The translations under genes were made by a program, and so were the position numbers. Of a stretch of DNA of 64,000 bases, positions 38,722 to 50,718 are shown one piece after another. The notes under the pieces were generated by a model that ran no database searches, was not told the DNA's origin, and saw only the letters and a program-made list of their open reading frames with translations. Source of the stretch: Balanoglossus misakiensis (lineage: Eukaryota; Animalia; Hemichordata). Location of the stretch: the NCBI GenBank assembly GCA_040954595.2, contig CM082595.2, positions 1,428,635 through 1,492,634 on the forward strand. Reading direction: 5' to 3'. Each line of letters begins with the position of its first letter. Within the stretch, counting starts at the first letter, position 1.

Positions 38722-39115
38722 CGATCCACAAAATGACCTCTGACAGAAATCATTTACATTCACGATGTTTTATTTCTTGCCAAGATTGAATTCACAAGTT
38801 TTATCCATTTAATTAACATGTAGAATTATTTACAATGTACTTTGGCATTTATTTTTGAACTTCATCAAAAACTGGTAATCTTGCATTAAATTTCATTAAT
38901 GGCAGAAAAACTAAATGTGGTGCTATGACCAAGAGTATAAAATATGTTCATAACAACTTTACAAGTGTACCTACAAAATACACAATAAACTAAGTTCTAA
39001 GCTATTTTCCACAATAAAATGATTATATGACACTCAATATTGCTGTAGTATTCCTGATTGGCTGTTGGTTGCCCAGCAACAATCATGATAATGGAATGTT
39101 TGCTATGCCACTGGA

Positions 39116-41677
39116 TCAGTTTTTGTCACAGTGGTTACCCTGCCAACCAGGGTAACAGTTACACTCGTAATTATCATGATTGCCTGGTGAAGTGCTTTGC
39201 ATTGAAACTACTTGATTACTGTTGAACAACATCTTTGTAGAATCTTTTCTTGGTACATATCGTAATTTAACATGTTTTCCCACCTGTGAATTATCCAAAT
39301 TTGGCACATCATTGCCGTGGTAACAGTTTTTGTAACAGTTACCTTTTCTAACACACCGCCCATGATTGCTACAGTGCATCTCACTGCAGTTGTCAGCAAA
39401 CATTGTCACATTCAAGATGTATGTGCCAAGCATGCTATCCAGGTAGTCTTTTAAATTTTGGCAAACGAGTGGATTATTCCCATCAAAGTGATCTCCCCAT
39501 AACACAACACCTGCCACACCCTCTGATGCACTTTGACCAATTGTATTCTCCAGATCAACCTGAGATTTGAAACAAACAAATAAAAATTTCATAGTTTTGA
39601 ATATTTACAGATATCAGAACTAATTGTTCGGATGTGTATATGCATGTCTTTTAAATAGAAACTTTATCTTAAAGAGCCACCTGTAACCTCAGGCTGGTTT
39701 TTCAGGTTGTTGTTTTTTGTGTTGTGTATCAAACATATTTTCTTGTTCCCCTCCCTAAAGTCCCCATCATGCCCAGCTCTCTGCTTGTCAACAAGTTGTG
39801 TATGTGTACCGACTATTGTTATTGTTTACAAATGGATTCAAGTCCGGACTTGAATACAATTGTCACACAATAACAATGCTGATTGTGCACTCATAACTAT
39901 GTTGAGAAGATTAAAACTGCATGGGAACTGAACAAGAAACTATGGTTGATACACAGAACACAAAATGGCCAAAAGTTACAGCTAATGTAGTCTAGTATCT
40001 ACTAGCCACATTTTGTCCGCTTTCGACTACCGGTAGATACTAGACTACATGTACAGCTAATGGAACTTTAATGGATATATAGATAGATACTTACATTTGT
40101 GTAATATAAACCAGAACGGGAATAGTTGAATCTGCTGAATGGAAAGATTGGTATCTGTGGATTTCTGGATTTTGCGATCACCCTCTTTGCTTCTCTCAGT
40201 TCTCCAACAACAAAGTCCTTGAAATCTGCGTGTTTTGGCGATAAGTAAATTGACGGAAATATTGCTGTACTGGCATCAAATAACCATTCTAGTTCATCAT
40301 TTTCCTGCATCACTTTTTCAGTACAGTTGAGTCTTCCACCGTTGTAGCACTTTGGGAATTCGTAAAATCCCCATAATGCATGAGGCCGCAATTTTTTACA
40401 TAGATTCAGTGTTCCTTCCATGACGACTCGAGCAGCAGTTTCAAATTCATACTTCGCAACCATTTCTATCAAATCTTCCGGCCATTCTGTGTGCTTTTCT
40501 CGAACCAGGGATATTGAAGTATCCTTATAGATTTTTTTACTGTCCCAGTTTCTGTCCCAAACAGGTCGCCATGGTTCCCAGTCAAGCACCATAAAACCAG
40601 TTGAACTTTCGTTTGGAATTAATCTTAGAATATCTTCTACCACTTTCTCAAAATGTGCTGTCAAATTTGTCAGCTGGAAATGAGAAAAAAGCAAATTAAT
40701 CTATGACAGGGCCGCATGAGGTAAATCAACAGCTCAATAAAAAAATTAATATGGATTTGAAATAAAAACAAAGGAATATTTTAATACTGCTGTAGCGAGC
40801 ACTGTCCTACAAGTTTCAAGGGCAAGTTGAACATGCACGGTCACCCTTGAATCATAACAGCATAAGTTTTAAATTATGTGTTGCTAATAGACAAACTTTA
40901 AGTCGTGAAATATAATATCTTAGGAAACCAGAGCTGTTTTATTTGATCTATATAATTTTTCTCACACTTTTAATAGCAAGGTTGTGCATGAAAGTGAAAT
41001 CTGAAGGTCACATTCAGTACTATCGGTAATTCTGCTACTACCGGTTACAACATCCCACAGAAATACTTCATAACATCCTTCCCTTTGAACACTGAAGATA
41101 ACTTATCTTAATTTTTGTGAGTTAATCCATATCCTGAAGTCTGAACAGTATTCTTCCTTTTCAATGTACAGAGTAAGCGATCAACACACACTTTGTTTTA
41201 TTTTGGCCATAACAAATAAAGTGGCAAAACTTTTGCACCAAAGTTTGAAGTGAAACTTGTACATTTGTGTAAAGAGAAGGAGGTTAGCAATATATACAGT
41301 GGGTAGACCACCAGTTTTCTGCACCCATGGCTACAGCCACACCCACGGCCACACCCTCCCAGAAATGACACACCCCCTCCCTCGAACAATATGCAAAACC
41401 TTACCTGTGGAATGCCACCATTGACAGCTGTACCATCGTCGCTGAAGTACGGATACAATCCAAACCTTTCGTTGAATATAACGATTTTATCTCCTTGCCA
41501 AGTCTCGTCTTTGTTAAAGATGATACCAAATTGGTCCAAGTCCAAGTTAATGCCTATCTTCTTGCATTGCCAAGACGGTACGGCCCAGACCGTGGTAAAC
41601 GCTTTCTCGAGCTGACCATTGCAAGAAACTGTGTACAGCAAGATACTGAATACAATATATTCACGTGTCATCTTCAT
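39116..41677 (-). CDS. Hyaluronidase (glycoside hydrolase family 56, HYAL1-like, soluble), about 431 aa
   Basis: Signal-peptide-like N terminus (YIVFSILLYTVSC), FTTVWAVPS, FGLYPY, VNGGIPQ, catalytic VLDWEPWRP, WGFYEFP, FPSIY, GVVLWG, and C-terminal EGF-like CS..HCSNHGRC...CNCYPGWQGNHC. No hydrophobic GPI tail. Exons 41677-41405, 40673-40095, 39559-39116 (TGA), all phase 0. The specific HYAL paralog cannot be assigned. Confidence 0.95.
39669..40071. mobile_element. TTAA-flanked foldback (palindromic) element, Kolobok-like MITE, in hyaluronidase intron 2
   Basis: Ends ttaaagagccacctgtaac and tacagctaatggaactttaa. Inner arms tgtgtatcaaacatattttcttgttc and gaacaagaaactatggttgatacaca. Perfect central palindrome attcaagtccggacttgaat at 39836-39855. 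Confidence 0.75.
39985..40050. mobile_element. Small TAGTCT...AGACTA inverted-repeat element nested in the right end of the foldback element
   Basis: Perfect 18-bp inverted repeat atgtagtctagtatctac / gtagatactagactacat with a 30-nt loop. tacagctaatg is duplicated at 39977 and 40052. Confidence 0.75.
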
Positions 41678-41913
41678 TGCTACTGAGAAAACGGTCTTCT
41701 CACCCAATACGCCGCAGAAATTGTTCAGGAGACACCTTGTGACCACGAGAACTTCCTTAGTTGTTGATGTTGTACAGAGTGACCGTCGGGGGCGCTGTCA
41801 GGGCACCACGCCCACACGTCATTGTCAATGACCGAGTCCCCGCTGACCCCTCTCAGATCCAAAATGGCGCAACACTACATATAACATTGACATGAATACA
41901 TTGTCCTTTTAAG

Positions 41914-41916
<3 letters not shown>

Positions 41917-42012
<96 letters not shown>
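41917..42012. repeat. (AG)n microsatellite, about 48 copies
   Basis: Directly visible, one interruption. Lies between the hyaluronidase 5' end and the RERE 3' end. Confidence 0.98.
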
Positions 42013-42182
42013 CAATCTAATTAGTCTGTAGCGACTACAAGTCAAGACTCACTGGGAATATTTGAAACCCTTGCGGTTTTTTATTTAGTCACAAACTGAA
42101 GTTCCATGGAATTGTTAAAAAGACAACATACAATAGATTCCAAGAGCACACAATGTTTTTGCACTGTTAAATAGTAATAACC

Positions 42183-42270
42183 TTAACCCTTCCACCCCCC
42201 ACAATTTGGTACAATCCTAATCTCAATGGTATGGTTGGAACCAATGCAGTTTAGGGGTGAAAGGGTTCAA
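42183..42270 (+). mobile_element. piggyBac-like MITE, diverged copy
   Basis: Ends ttaacccttccacc...ggggtgaaagggtt, with internal aatggtatggttgga. Confidence 0.65.
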
Positions 42271-44230
42271 AGCATTAAAAATCTCTACAAGTCATCTCTA
42301 CATATGTACATATTTTTTCACGTGGACAGTTTATTCACCCCTCTTTCTATCAAAATTTAAAAACTCCAGGAAACTTATATTTCAGAAAGAAGAAACCCCA
42401 GTAATCCCCAAAAAGCAGGAATTCTAAGATTCAAGTTAGCAGCCACATTGTCCTATCCTTTCAACCCCTATTCTCCATGTAATGGTTGAACCCTACCAAT
42501 GATAACAATGGGACGCAACCATGAGTGAGGGGTGTGTCGCATGGGTTAAATGCATGCAAATACTTGAAAAGACTATGGATGGGATTTTTCAGTTGTTGAT
42601 CGATATTTGAGTTGCTGAAATTCTGTGCAATTATAACCTGAATCTTGTATAAATTTCTTGAAAAGAATAACATGGGCACAACTTCTATACACAGACACAT
42701 TTGAGTTCAATAAAAATTTCAATTTCATGTAGACTGAGACCATTTACTTTTACATTCATTATATGTGTATCTGTTTGACTGAAGTTTGATATCCTATGCA
42801 GGTAACAGAATGAAAAATCATCAGTTCCTATGGTAACACGGCAGATGTAGTCAGATTTAGTGTCACCAACCATGGAGATTCATGATGGGTGAAACTGATA
42901 GTAGAATATCTGCACATATGGCAATATAAGTCTGTGGAATTTCTCTTAATGCACTTATGTACCATCAGTCATGATCAGTGTTATAACTCTATTTGTTCAA
43001 GTTTTCAGAAAATACATACCACAGCAAGTCACATCTGCACAAACTCTGATCCTCTGACTTCATAAAAAATACATTTGACATATCATCCTAATTGCAAAAT
43101 GAAAGATTGTGGTGCTCTCCAATTGCTATGTTCCTTTCAGTTTTATTTTAAATAAAAACAGATTCAACACAAACGCTTGTTAAGTTTCCAAATGTTAGAT
43201 TTTTTCTACTTTTCCTACTTACAGGTATTTACATTATCCCCCACTAGTTTCTGAAATGAATTTTTAATCCCATCCATTTTTTAAGGTTTTCCTGATAGTA
43301 CTGTGAAACTGGTACCAACAAATTTAAACTTGATGATCAGATTCTCATGTCGTACTTTAATTGTTGTTGCAACCACAAATCAGAATGACTGGTCAAATCA
43401 TGCAAATTGCTATGCCAAATATCGTAGCAGAGGATGGTGCTGATTGGTTGAGAGGCAGAGGCAGATGTTCTGAAGAAGGCCGTTCATTGAATTGGATGGT
43501 CTGTATTACAAAATATCTCTCCACAAGGGTACAAATCAGTTTGCTAAACTCCACATCATCTCTCTAAGTGTCTTTGGTCAAAAATAAAAAATAAAACCTT
43601 TGGCAACAAAAGACAGGCTAATTTACATACAATATTATGATACACACATAAATACAAACTTTTCACCATTGCTATGAAACAAAATTTTTATGAAATAATC
43701 ATATTGCTAAAACCCACAATTTAACATTTCACACATTTTTCTTAATAAGAAAATTGGTCATAATGAAAGTGCATGTTTCTTGACTTCAAAAATGTGAGAT
43801 TACAAATGGATTTGATAAGAACATGCCAAACCCATATTCTACAAGCTACAATATCAATACCCAATCCCGATACTACAGTAGAAATATTTTTACTTAAACC
43901 AATCATAAATATATATACAGACATCATATAAAAAGCTACCAGTACAGTAAAATGTGGCACTACACTGGGAATATGTTTGAGACCCAATTATGGGCAAAGT
44001 AAGCTTGGTAAAAATTACTTGAGTAATGTCTGCAACATGAGAAAATTGTAGCAATGTGTAACAACACTACAGCTACTGAGATGCAGCAAAACTGCAGCTG
44101 ACATACAACAGTGAGCTACAATAATGTAGCCAAAGACACACAGCAGACTTTGACTGCACTAGTTATGGACACCCAACAATGTGGTTATAAACATGCAGCA
44201 ACATTGTGAGAACAAATTAGCCACATTGCT

Positions 44231-44520
44231 ACAATGTAACTGACATGTAGCAATGTTCAGCAACAATGTAACTGACATGTAGCAATGTTCAGCAACAATG
44301 TAACTGACATGTAGCCATGTTCAGCAACAGTGTAACTGACATGTAGCAATGTTCAGCAACAATGTAACTGACATGTAGCAATGTCCAGCAACAATGTAAC
44401 TGACATGTAGCCATGTTCAGCAACAATGTAACTGACATCAGGAATGTTTGGCAACATTGTAGCTGACATATTACAGGATAGCCAAACAATAGCCACAGTT
44501 GTGGCAACAATGTAGCTGAC
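44231..44520. repeat. 32-bp minisatellite (about 7 good copies plus decayed flanks) in the presumed RERE 3' UTR
   Basis: Unit acaatgtaactgacatgtagcaatgttcagca. Confidence 0.92.
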
Positions 44521-45571
44521 AAATACTATTGTACTGCAAACAAGTAAAAGGCAGTTCTTTGCAACTTTGTTGAAGTTTACATTAACATTGATTGAACAGT
44601 AATATTTAAGAGTTGTATCTAAAATTAACTAGCTACTCATTCATGAAATGATACAAAAGTTTGGATACAGAAGCTGAGGTCCATCTTGGTAGCTTTCTGA
44701 AAAACATTAAATATTTAAAAAGCATATTTTATTTACAAGTCTCAAAACTCTCCTTTTTTTCTTAACTGAAGCAGAGACAAAAAATTCATTACAATGAGAT
44801 TTCCCACAAGTGCAGTGTAGGACTAGCAAGGAACTTGTACTCATGCAAGTTCATGTATTGTGAAAAACAAAAAAAGAATTTGCATTTTTAAAGTTTACAT
44901 CTTGTCATCAAATGTCTTTTGTACTCATTCATAACTGACACAAAATGGCAGTTCAGTGGAGAAATTTTTCAAAGAAGATCACTGATTTAACAGAAATACA
45001 ACTGATATGGAAAGCTTATTCGTTTACAGAAATGAAGTGTACATCTCTGTTGAGGATGGTAATTCTTTGCTTAATAATAAAAAATATCACACCCAGAAGA
45101 TTGCTATCCACGGGACAAATAAATTTATGACCTAAAGACTTACAATGATGAAGAGGACAGCTTAATGAAGTCAAAGTTAATATTTACAGTTGTCTGACAA
45201 GGCATGAAAATGCTCACGAAGATGTTACAAAGTATCTGGGTGTTGCAAACATAATTTCTTCAATACAACAAAGTTAAGATATTAAATCAATGGCAGTTTG
45301 AATTGATTGGTATAAACTTCTCAGTGTATATAACATACTCAGATAAATAGACACATGTGTTACATATTAGTATCAATTTAGTAAAAGACAAACATATCTA
45401 CAATGTATCTTAAATTACATGCAGTGTAGCAATATTTTGCATCTTGCTGTCAGTATCTGTTTGAAGAGATAAGACTGGACAGATAATACTGTGACGAGAT
45501 GGCTGGATGCTGTGTTTCGACTGCTGGTTCTCTCTTCACACTTCATTTCAGCATTTTCACAGTCTCTGCCT

Positions 45572-48500
45572 TCACGGTGCTTTCCTGCAAGAACAAAATG
45601 TCACAAATTAAAACTACAATGAGAGTCTAGTACACAGTAAACATATCATCACATGTATGTCATGCTATGTGTACAGATGGCAATGGTTCTCTGTTGATGA
45701 ACAATTTAGCATGTATATTTGGCACACCACAAACATGTAAGCACATTACACATGTACATTAACATAAACGGTGTCTTGTATCAAATATAATTAATGGTAA
45801 ACGGGCAGCGAGAGAGAGACTTTGTCCCTTTAAGGATTCAGCAAACCATATGAAATCTAGAATTGCATATCTATATGTGTACTCTAAAACCTGTCTACAC
45901 CGACCACCACAGGAACTGAAGCTATTGTTTGGTTTGCAGAGGTGTACAGTTCATAGAGGTTCTTTTAACATGTGGTTGTATGAGGTAGGGACTGGGAAAG
46001 GTGTTCGGTGTAGACAGGTTTCCAAATTAGACAGGTTTGACTGTACCATACTTACTTCATTAAGCTATCTTGATGGGCAAGGAATTGCTGCTGTAGATGC
46101 GAGAACCTGTGTTGCTCGAGAATCTGTCGCTGCATTGCCTCATGATGGATTTGTTGTGCCAAGGCATCGCCATAGGGGTGATTCACCAGTCCAGGCCGGA
46201 TTGAACCAGGATCTAATGGGTGTGCCCCTGCAGGATATGGCGTCCCCGACAAATGATGAGGTCCCATTGGCGACAATGCTAACGCTTGATCTGGATGAGG
46301 AATAGGAGGATAGCCACTATTAAATGCAGCATGGGCAGCGTGAGCAGCTGCTTCTGCGGGATGTACATGAAGATGCGTGTGGGAATGAGTATGTTGATGT
46401 TGATTCATACTTGCTAACTGTAACCTAGCCACTGGATCCATTAAGGCCATTCTTTCTGCTTGTATTCTCTCTGCTTGCATCCTTTCCACGGGATTGGCGA
46501 ACGGCGACTCTGCGTGCGGGTGACCCTGCAGACTTAGTCTGTCTAGGTGTCTGTCAGGGTGTCTGTCCATGGGGTGAGGAGGGGGTATATGAAAGGGAGA
46601 GGGGTGGTGTCCCCTTTCTCCGTGTATTCCCGGTCTGTTCATTAACCAATGTCTGTCCATGGGGTTCAGATGAGTTCCAAGCGGATCCAACTTCATTTTG
46701 TCCCTGAGTTCTCGTTCCCGCAATTCTCGCTCGATGAGCTCCCTCTCCCGGAATTCCCGTTCTCGCAGTTCACGTTCAAGTTCAATCTCTCTTTCCCTGG
46801 CACCCGGAGGATACATAGGCACTCCCTGCATTTGCATCAGACCGTACCGCATCATAGGGTCTGGTCCCGTCAAGCAAGACAATCCAGTGGGTCCTGGTGT
46901 CCGGTTAGTGTGTGGTCGTGCATATTCACTGAGTGTTCTTAATGCTGGAGTGTCGTAACCAGGTGGTGGCATGTGATGTCCACCTGGTGATACATACTGT
47001 GCATTGCCTTGAATACCGTATGGTCCAGTAATCTGAGCATCAGCACTGTTATTTTCAGGAGGTGTGTCTGGCTTCTTCTGCAAATAGGAATGCAAAAACT
47101 CCATTATTGTTTGAGAAACACTGCGACACAATTACAAAAAGCTTTCATTCGAGATATTTGCAATTTTCAGACTCCCCGATTCATCCACATTTTGAAAAGG
47201 AATTGTCATGATGCTGTCTGTAATCACTCATTTCTGCATAATACAACAAATACTTACCGCAACTTTGTCATCCTTTGATTCCAACAATTCCTTTTCCCTC
47301 TGTCTTTCTTTTTCTCTTTCTTTTTCTCTCTCCTTCTCTCTTTCCTTCTCTCTCTCCTCTCTTTCCCGTTCTTTTTCCCTCTCCCTTTCTTTCTCTCTTT
47401 CTCGTTCTTTCTCTCTTTCTATCTCTCTCTCCCTTTCTCTTTCCCTTTCCCGCTCTCTCTCTCTTTCTCTCGCAACTTCTTGTTCTTTTTCTCTCTGTCT
47501 TTCTTTTTCAATTCTGTCTCTCTCCAAGGCATGCTCTCTCTTCTTGCCAAGCTTCGAGTCGGCGAACGGTCTGAAGATCAAATCAGATCTGGCACACGAG
47601 TTGTAGCCTCTATTCCAATGACGTACAAATCTGGAAAGCAAAAAGCAACAATGAGTCAAAAATACGGTAATTTGTATTAAGATATTCAAATGTGAAAGTA
47701 CTGGAATGATAAGAACATGATTGCAAAATATGTGATAGGTGTAAATCTGTTTCACTTTCGATGTTGTTGGTAATGCACAATAAATTTAGAATAAAGCAGA
47801 TTGCTTACTCGGCAGTTTGACTGGAATGGCATAGTTGGTCCACTATTACTGGTTCAGGTGATGGTCCTCTATTGAGAATATCATCATCATCATCTTCAGC
47901 ATCATCACGATGGACTCTCTCTTCCTCTTTCTCCTGTTTAATTTCCTTATGGTCACTTTCATTCTCCGTCTCCTGCGGCAACGACTGCAAAGGTGGACTT
48001 CTCACGGGAGTGCTCAGATTTTCCGGGAAGCCAGACGGCATGTAATTTGAATGCAGTGGAGGCATAGGAGGCAAGCTCATTGATGTTGGTCCGTGCGCTA
48101 TGACAGGCGTGGGTGCGGCCATTATGGGTGGCGGTGCTGATGGTGTGATTGGCTCTGACATTGGTAACATTGTATGAGGCATTCTGTCATTGGCTACACT
48201 GTACGGAGAATTGGATACAACTTCTCTTGGCATCTCCTCTATTGGAGGTTGCCGCGGCAACTGGTCGTAGTTCTCCACTTCCTCTGCTTCCGGTTCCTGT
48301 TCAGTGTCGTTATCATTGTCATTATTTGGACTTGGAGGACTGGGAGAACTGACGGATGATGCACTGGTTAGAGCGTCATTGTCATTGTCATTCTCTTGTG
48401 CTGTATTGCTGGCAGACTCCTCGTTAATAGTACTGCTGCTGTCCGTACTGTTACCCCCATGGTCTGATGGGGTTTCTGATCGCTCCTCAGAGTCGTGCTG

Positions 48501-50718
48501 TGAAAAACATCAACACAAATAAAGTGAAACCTGGTCATATTGATCTCAGGTCTTGTTACTTTTACATCTAGATGTTTCTTTTTATTTGATCACAGGGGTA
48601 CTATAGGAGAATGAAAGCTTTTGTACTCATATCACGTTTAGCGCTAGAAATGCTAACATTAAATGCAAGTGTGTATATTTTCAGACAAATGTACCAATTT
48701 TTGCCAGCTCCACCACGTGGTGGCGCTCTGCTGACCCTCGGCACACAAAAACTCAGTTGATAGTAATCACTGCTACACAAGATATAGAAAAAACGTTACC
48801 TGTGTTTTAAGTTTTTTAATCATGGATCCTGAACCAGAATCTGAGTCAACATCGTCCTTGTAATCGATGTCTTCCCGTTCTCTGAGTCTTCTCTTGGAGT
48901 CTTTCATGGGTTCATTATCTATATCACTCTTGAGATTCTTCTGTTGACAAAACAATCCACATATTATATTAGTATGTCTCATTAAATTAGAGCTGGCATC
49001 TGAAACTTAGTGAATTTTCTCTCTAAGCCAAATTAGCTAAAACATGCTAGCCTAACTATAAATACATCTTTACAGTATTATATTTGTTCGAGGGGGAGTA
49101 CTCCATAATATGCTAGTCCACATAGAAATCTTGACATGAGAATTCTCAGTTGATAATTCAATAATACATACCTTTTTCCTTCCTCTGGTACTAGACTTTG
49201 TACTGCTATCACTGGAAGTACTGAATGTGCTTGGAGAATTACGATTGCTAATCCGTGATAATCTTCGGGAATTCACAGGACTTGAAGGTTCACTACTGTA
49301 TTTACTACGTCCACTACGAAGAGTTGAATTGACCTGCGGACAAAAGTTTACAGAGTCAATACATCTATGTAACTTACAGTACAAGTTATTTTAAAATAAA
49401 ACTACTTGGGCCTACAATTTTGGCTTAAATTGTATTGATGGTTCAGTTTTAAGAAAAGCAACAACATCTTAAATTATCAAGGTTAAGTTCACATATAATC
49501 TGCTTCTATGACTTGTGGTGGGCATGTAGCCAATGCCAACCAGCGGTATCAATCACATGACAATCACATGATACTTACAGAATCTCTGTTTCGCCTTGTT
49601 CTCATTTTATGTTTGATATCATCAGACTCATTTTCTTTGACTGGTTTAAACATGAAAGGTGGAGGACTTCTAGGGTTCTCTATTGGTCTTGGTTCGCCAT
49701 ACTTCTTGAAATAAACTCGACATTCGGTACACAGCAAAACCTTTTCTTTACCACCGTGGTGCCAATCTTTAGACGCTACAACATAAAAGCATTTAGGATA
49801 TCAAAATATTGTCAAAACTATCCCTGCAAATGGCTCTGGATAAATTTCTCAGTTAAAGTAAATACAATTATAAGAAGAATTTTATTTCATATATCTACAA
49901 GTAGATTTTTTTCTGGAAAAAGTGACTACAAATAATGTGATTTTCTATGAAATGATAACAATGATACTGTGTCAATCAATGACAACAAATCATGAGTGTG
50001 CTTTTTAATAGCAAGCTAAAGAGCTTTATGATTTTTGGGCAATTTCATTGGGTGAGTACAAAAGAATGATGGCATAAGCCACCCTAGACTAGTATTAGGA
50101 AGAAACATAGCTTAATCTTACTTGTTGTAAAGCAATGTCTGCAGGCATAACCACTCAGATCTCTCTCGCTATCTTCGCTATCAATTTCTTCTTCACTGGC
50201 TGAACTCAAATCCACTGCAACAGCAACAACCAGAGAAAGATAAATCATCAAGATAGTACAACAGAGAAATCTAACACACAATCACTCTGGAGATATATAC
50301 ATCATAATGATACTTCGGCATGCAAATTACACATATGTACATCTATCATATTTATTAGCATATCATGTTATGTACATCTAAAATTCATGAAGTCTTAGAT
50401 AATGCTGGCTTACGGGTTGGTTTAGATCATAAATCAGTTGAAACTACCTCATTAATGCATTTTACTGAACAACTGTCAGTGATACAGAAAAGACCTTGAC
50501 ACAGGTGGCAAAAATAAAAAGTATAGCTGAGATATGGGAACATATAATATATACGTCTAATCCATCTACTCACAGAATTCTGAGCTGGCAGGTCTGCTTG
50601 TTCGTGCCCCTCCTCGTATCCGTCTTAAAACGTTCTGACGGCGATGTCTGCGATGAGGTCTCTGGTTGGAAGCTTCAGGTGTTTTCTTCCAGTAGTAGTA
50701 ATACTCCACCAAGTCACC
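45572..50718 (-). CDS. RERE: RERE / atrophin family transcriptional corepressor, 3' portion (end of SANT, GATA-type zinc finger, atrophin domain with RE repeats); 5' exons lie outside the window
   Basis: [111 protein letters not shown] repeats and [15 protein letters not shown] are collinear with vertebrate RERE. Exons 50718-50574, 50214-50122, 49775-49579, 49333-49172, 48940-48800, 48497-47809, 47630-47258, 47077-46056. The terminal exon (45584-45572, giving KKAP*) is uncertain. Confidence 0.95.
45880..46045. mobile_element. TA-flanked CAGT-ended Tc1/mariner(pogo)-like MITE in the last RERE intron
   Basis: Right end tagacaggtttgactgta; left end decayed (tactctaaaacctgtcta). Perfect 17-bp inverted repeat aaacctgtctacaccga / tcggtgtagacaggttt. 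Confidence 0.75.

Noticed and set aside
47208-47606. Plus-strand Ser/Leu/Phe-rich ORFs
   Set aside because: Antisense shadow of the RERE RE/KE repeat exon.
48709-48730. CTCF-like motif and palindrome ccaccacgtggtggcgct (similar at about 33283 and 41782)
   Set aside because: Mismatches at core positions; cannot be supported without a PWM scan or ChIP.
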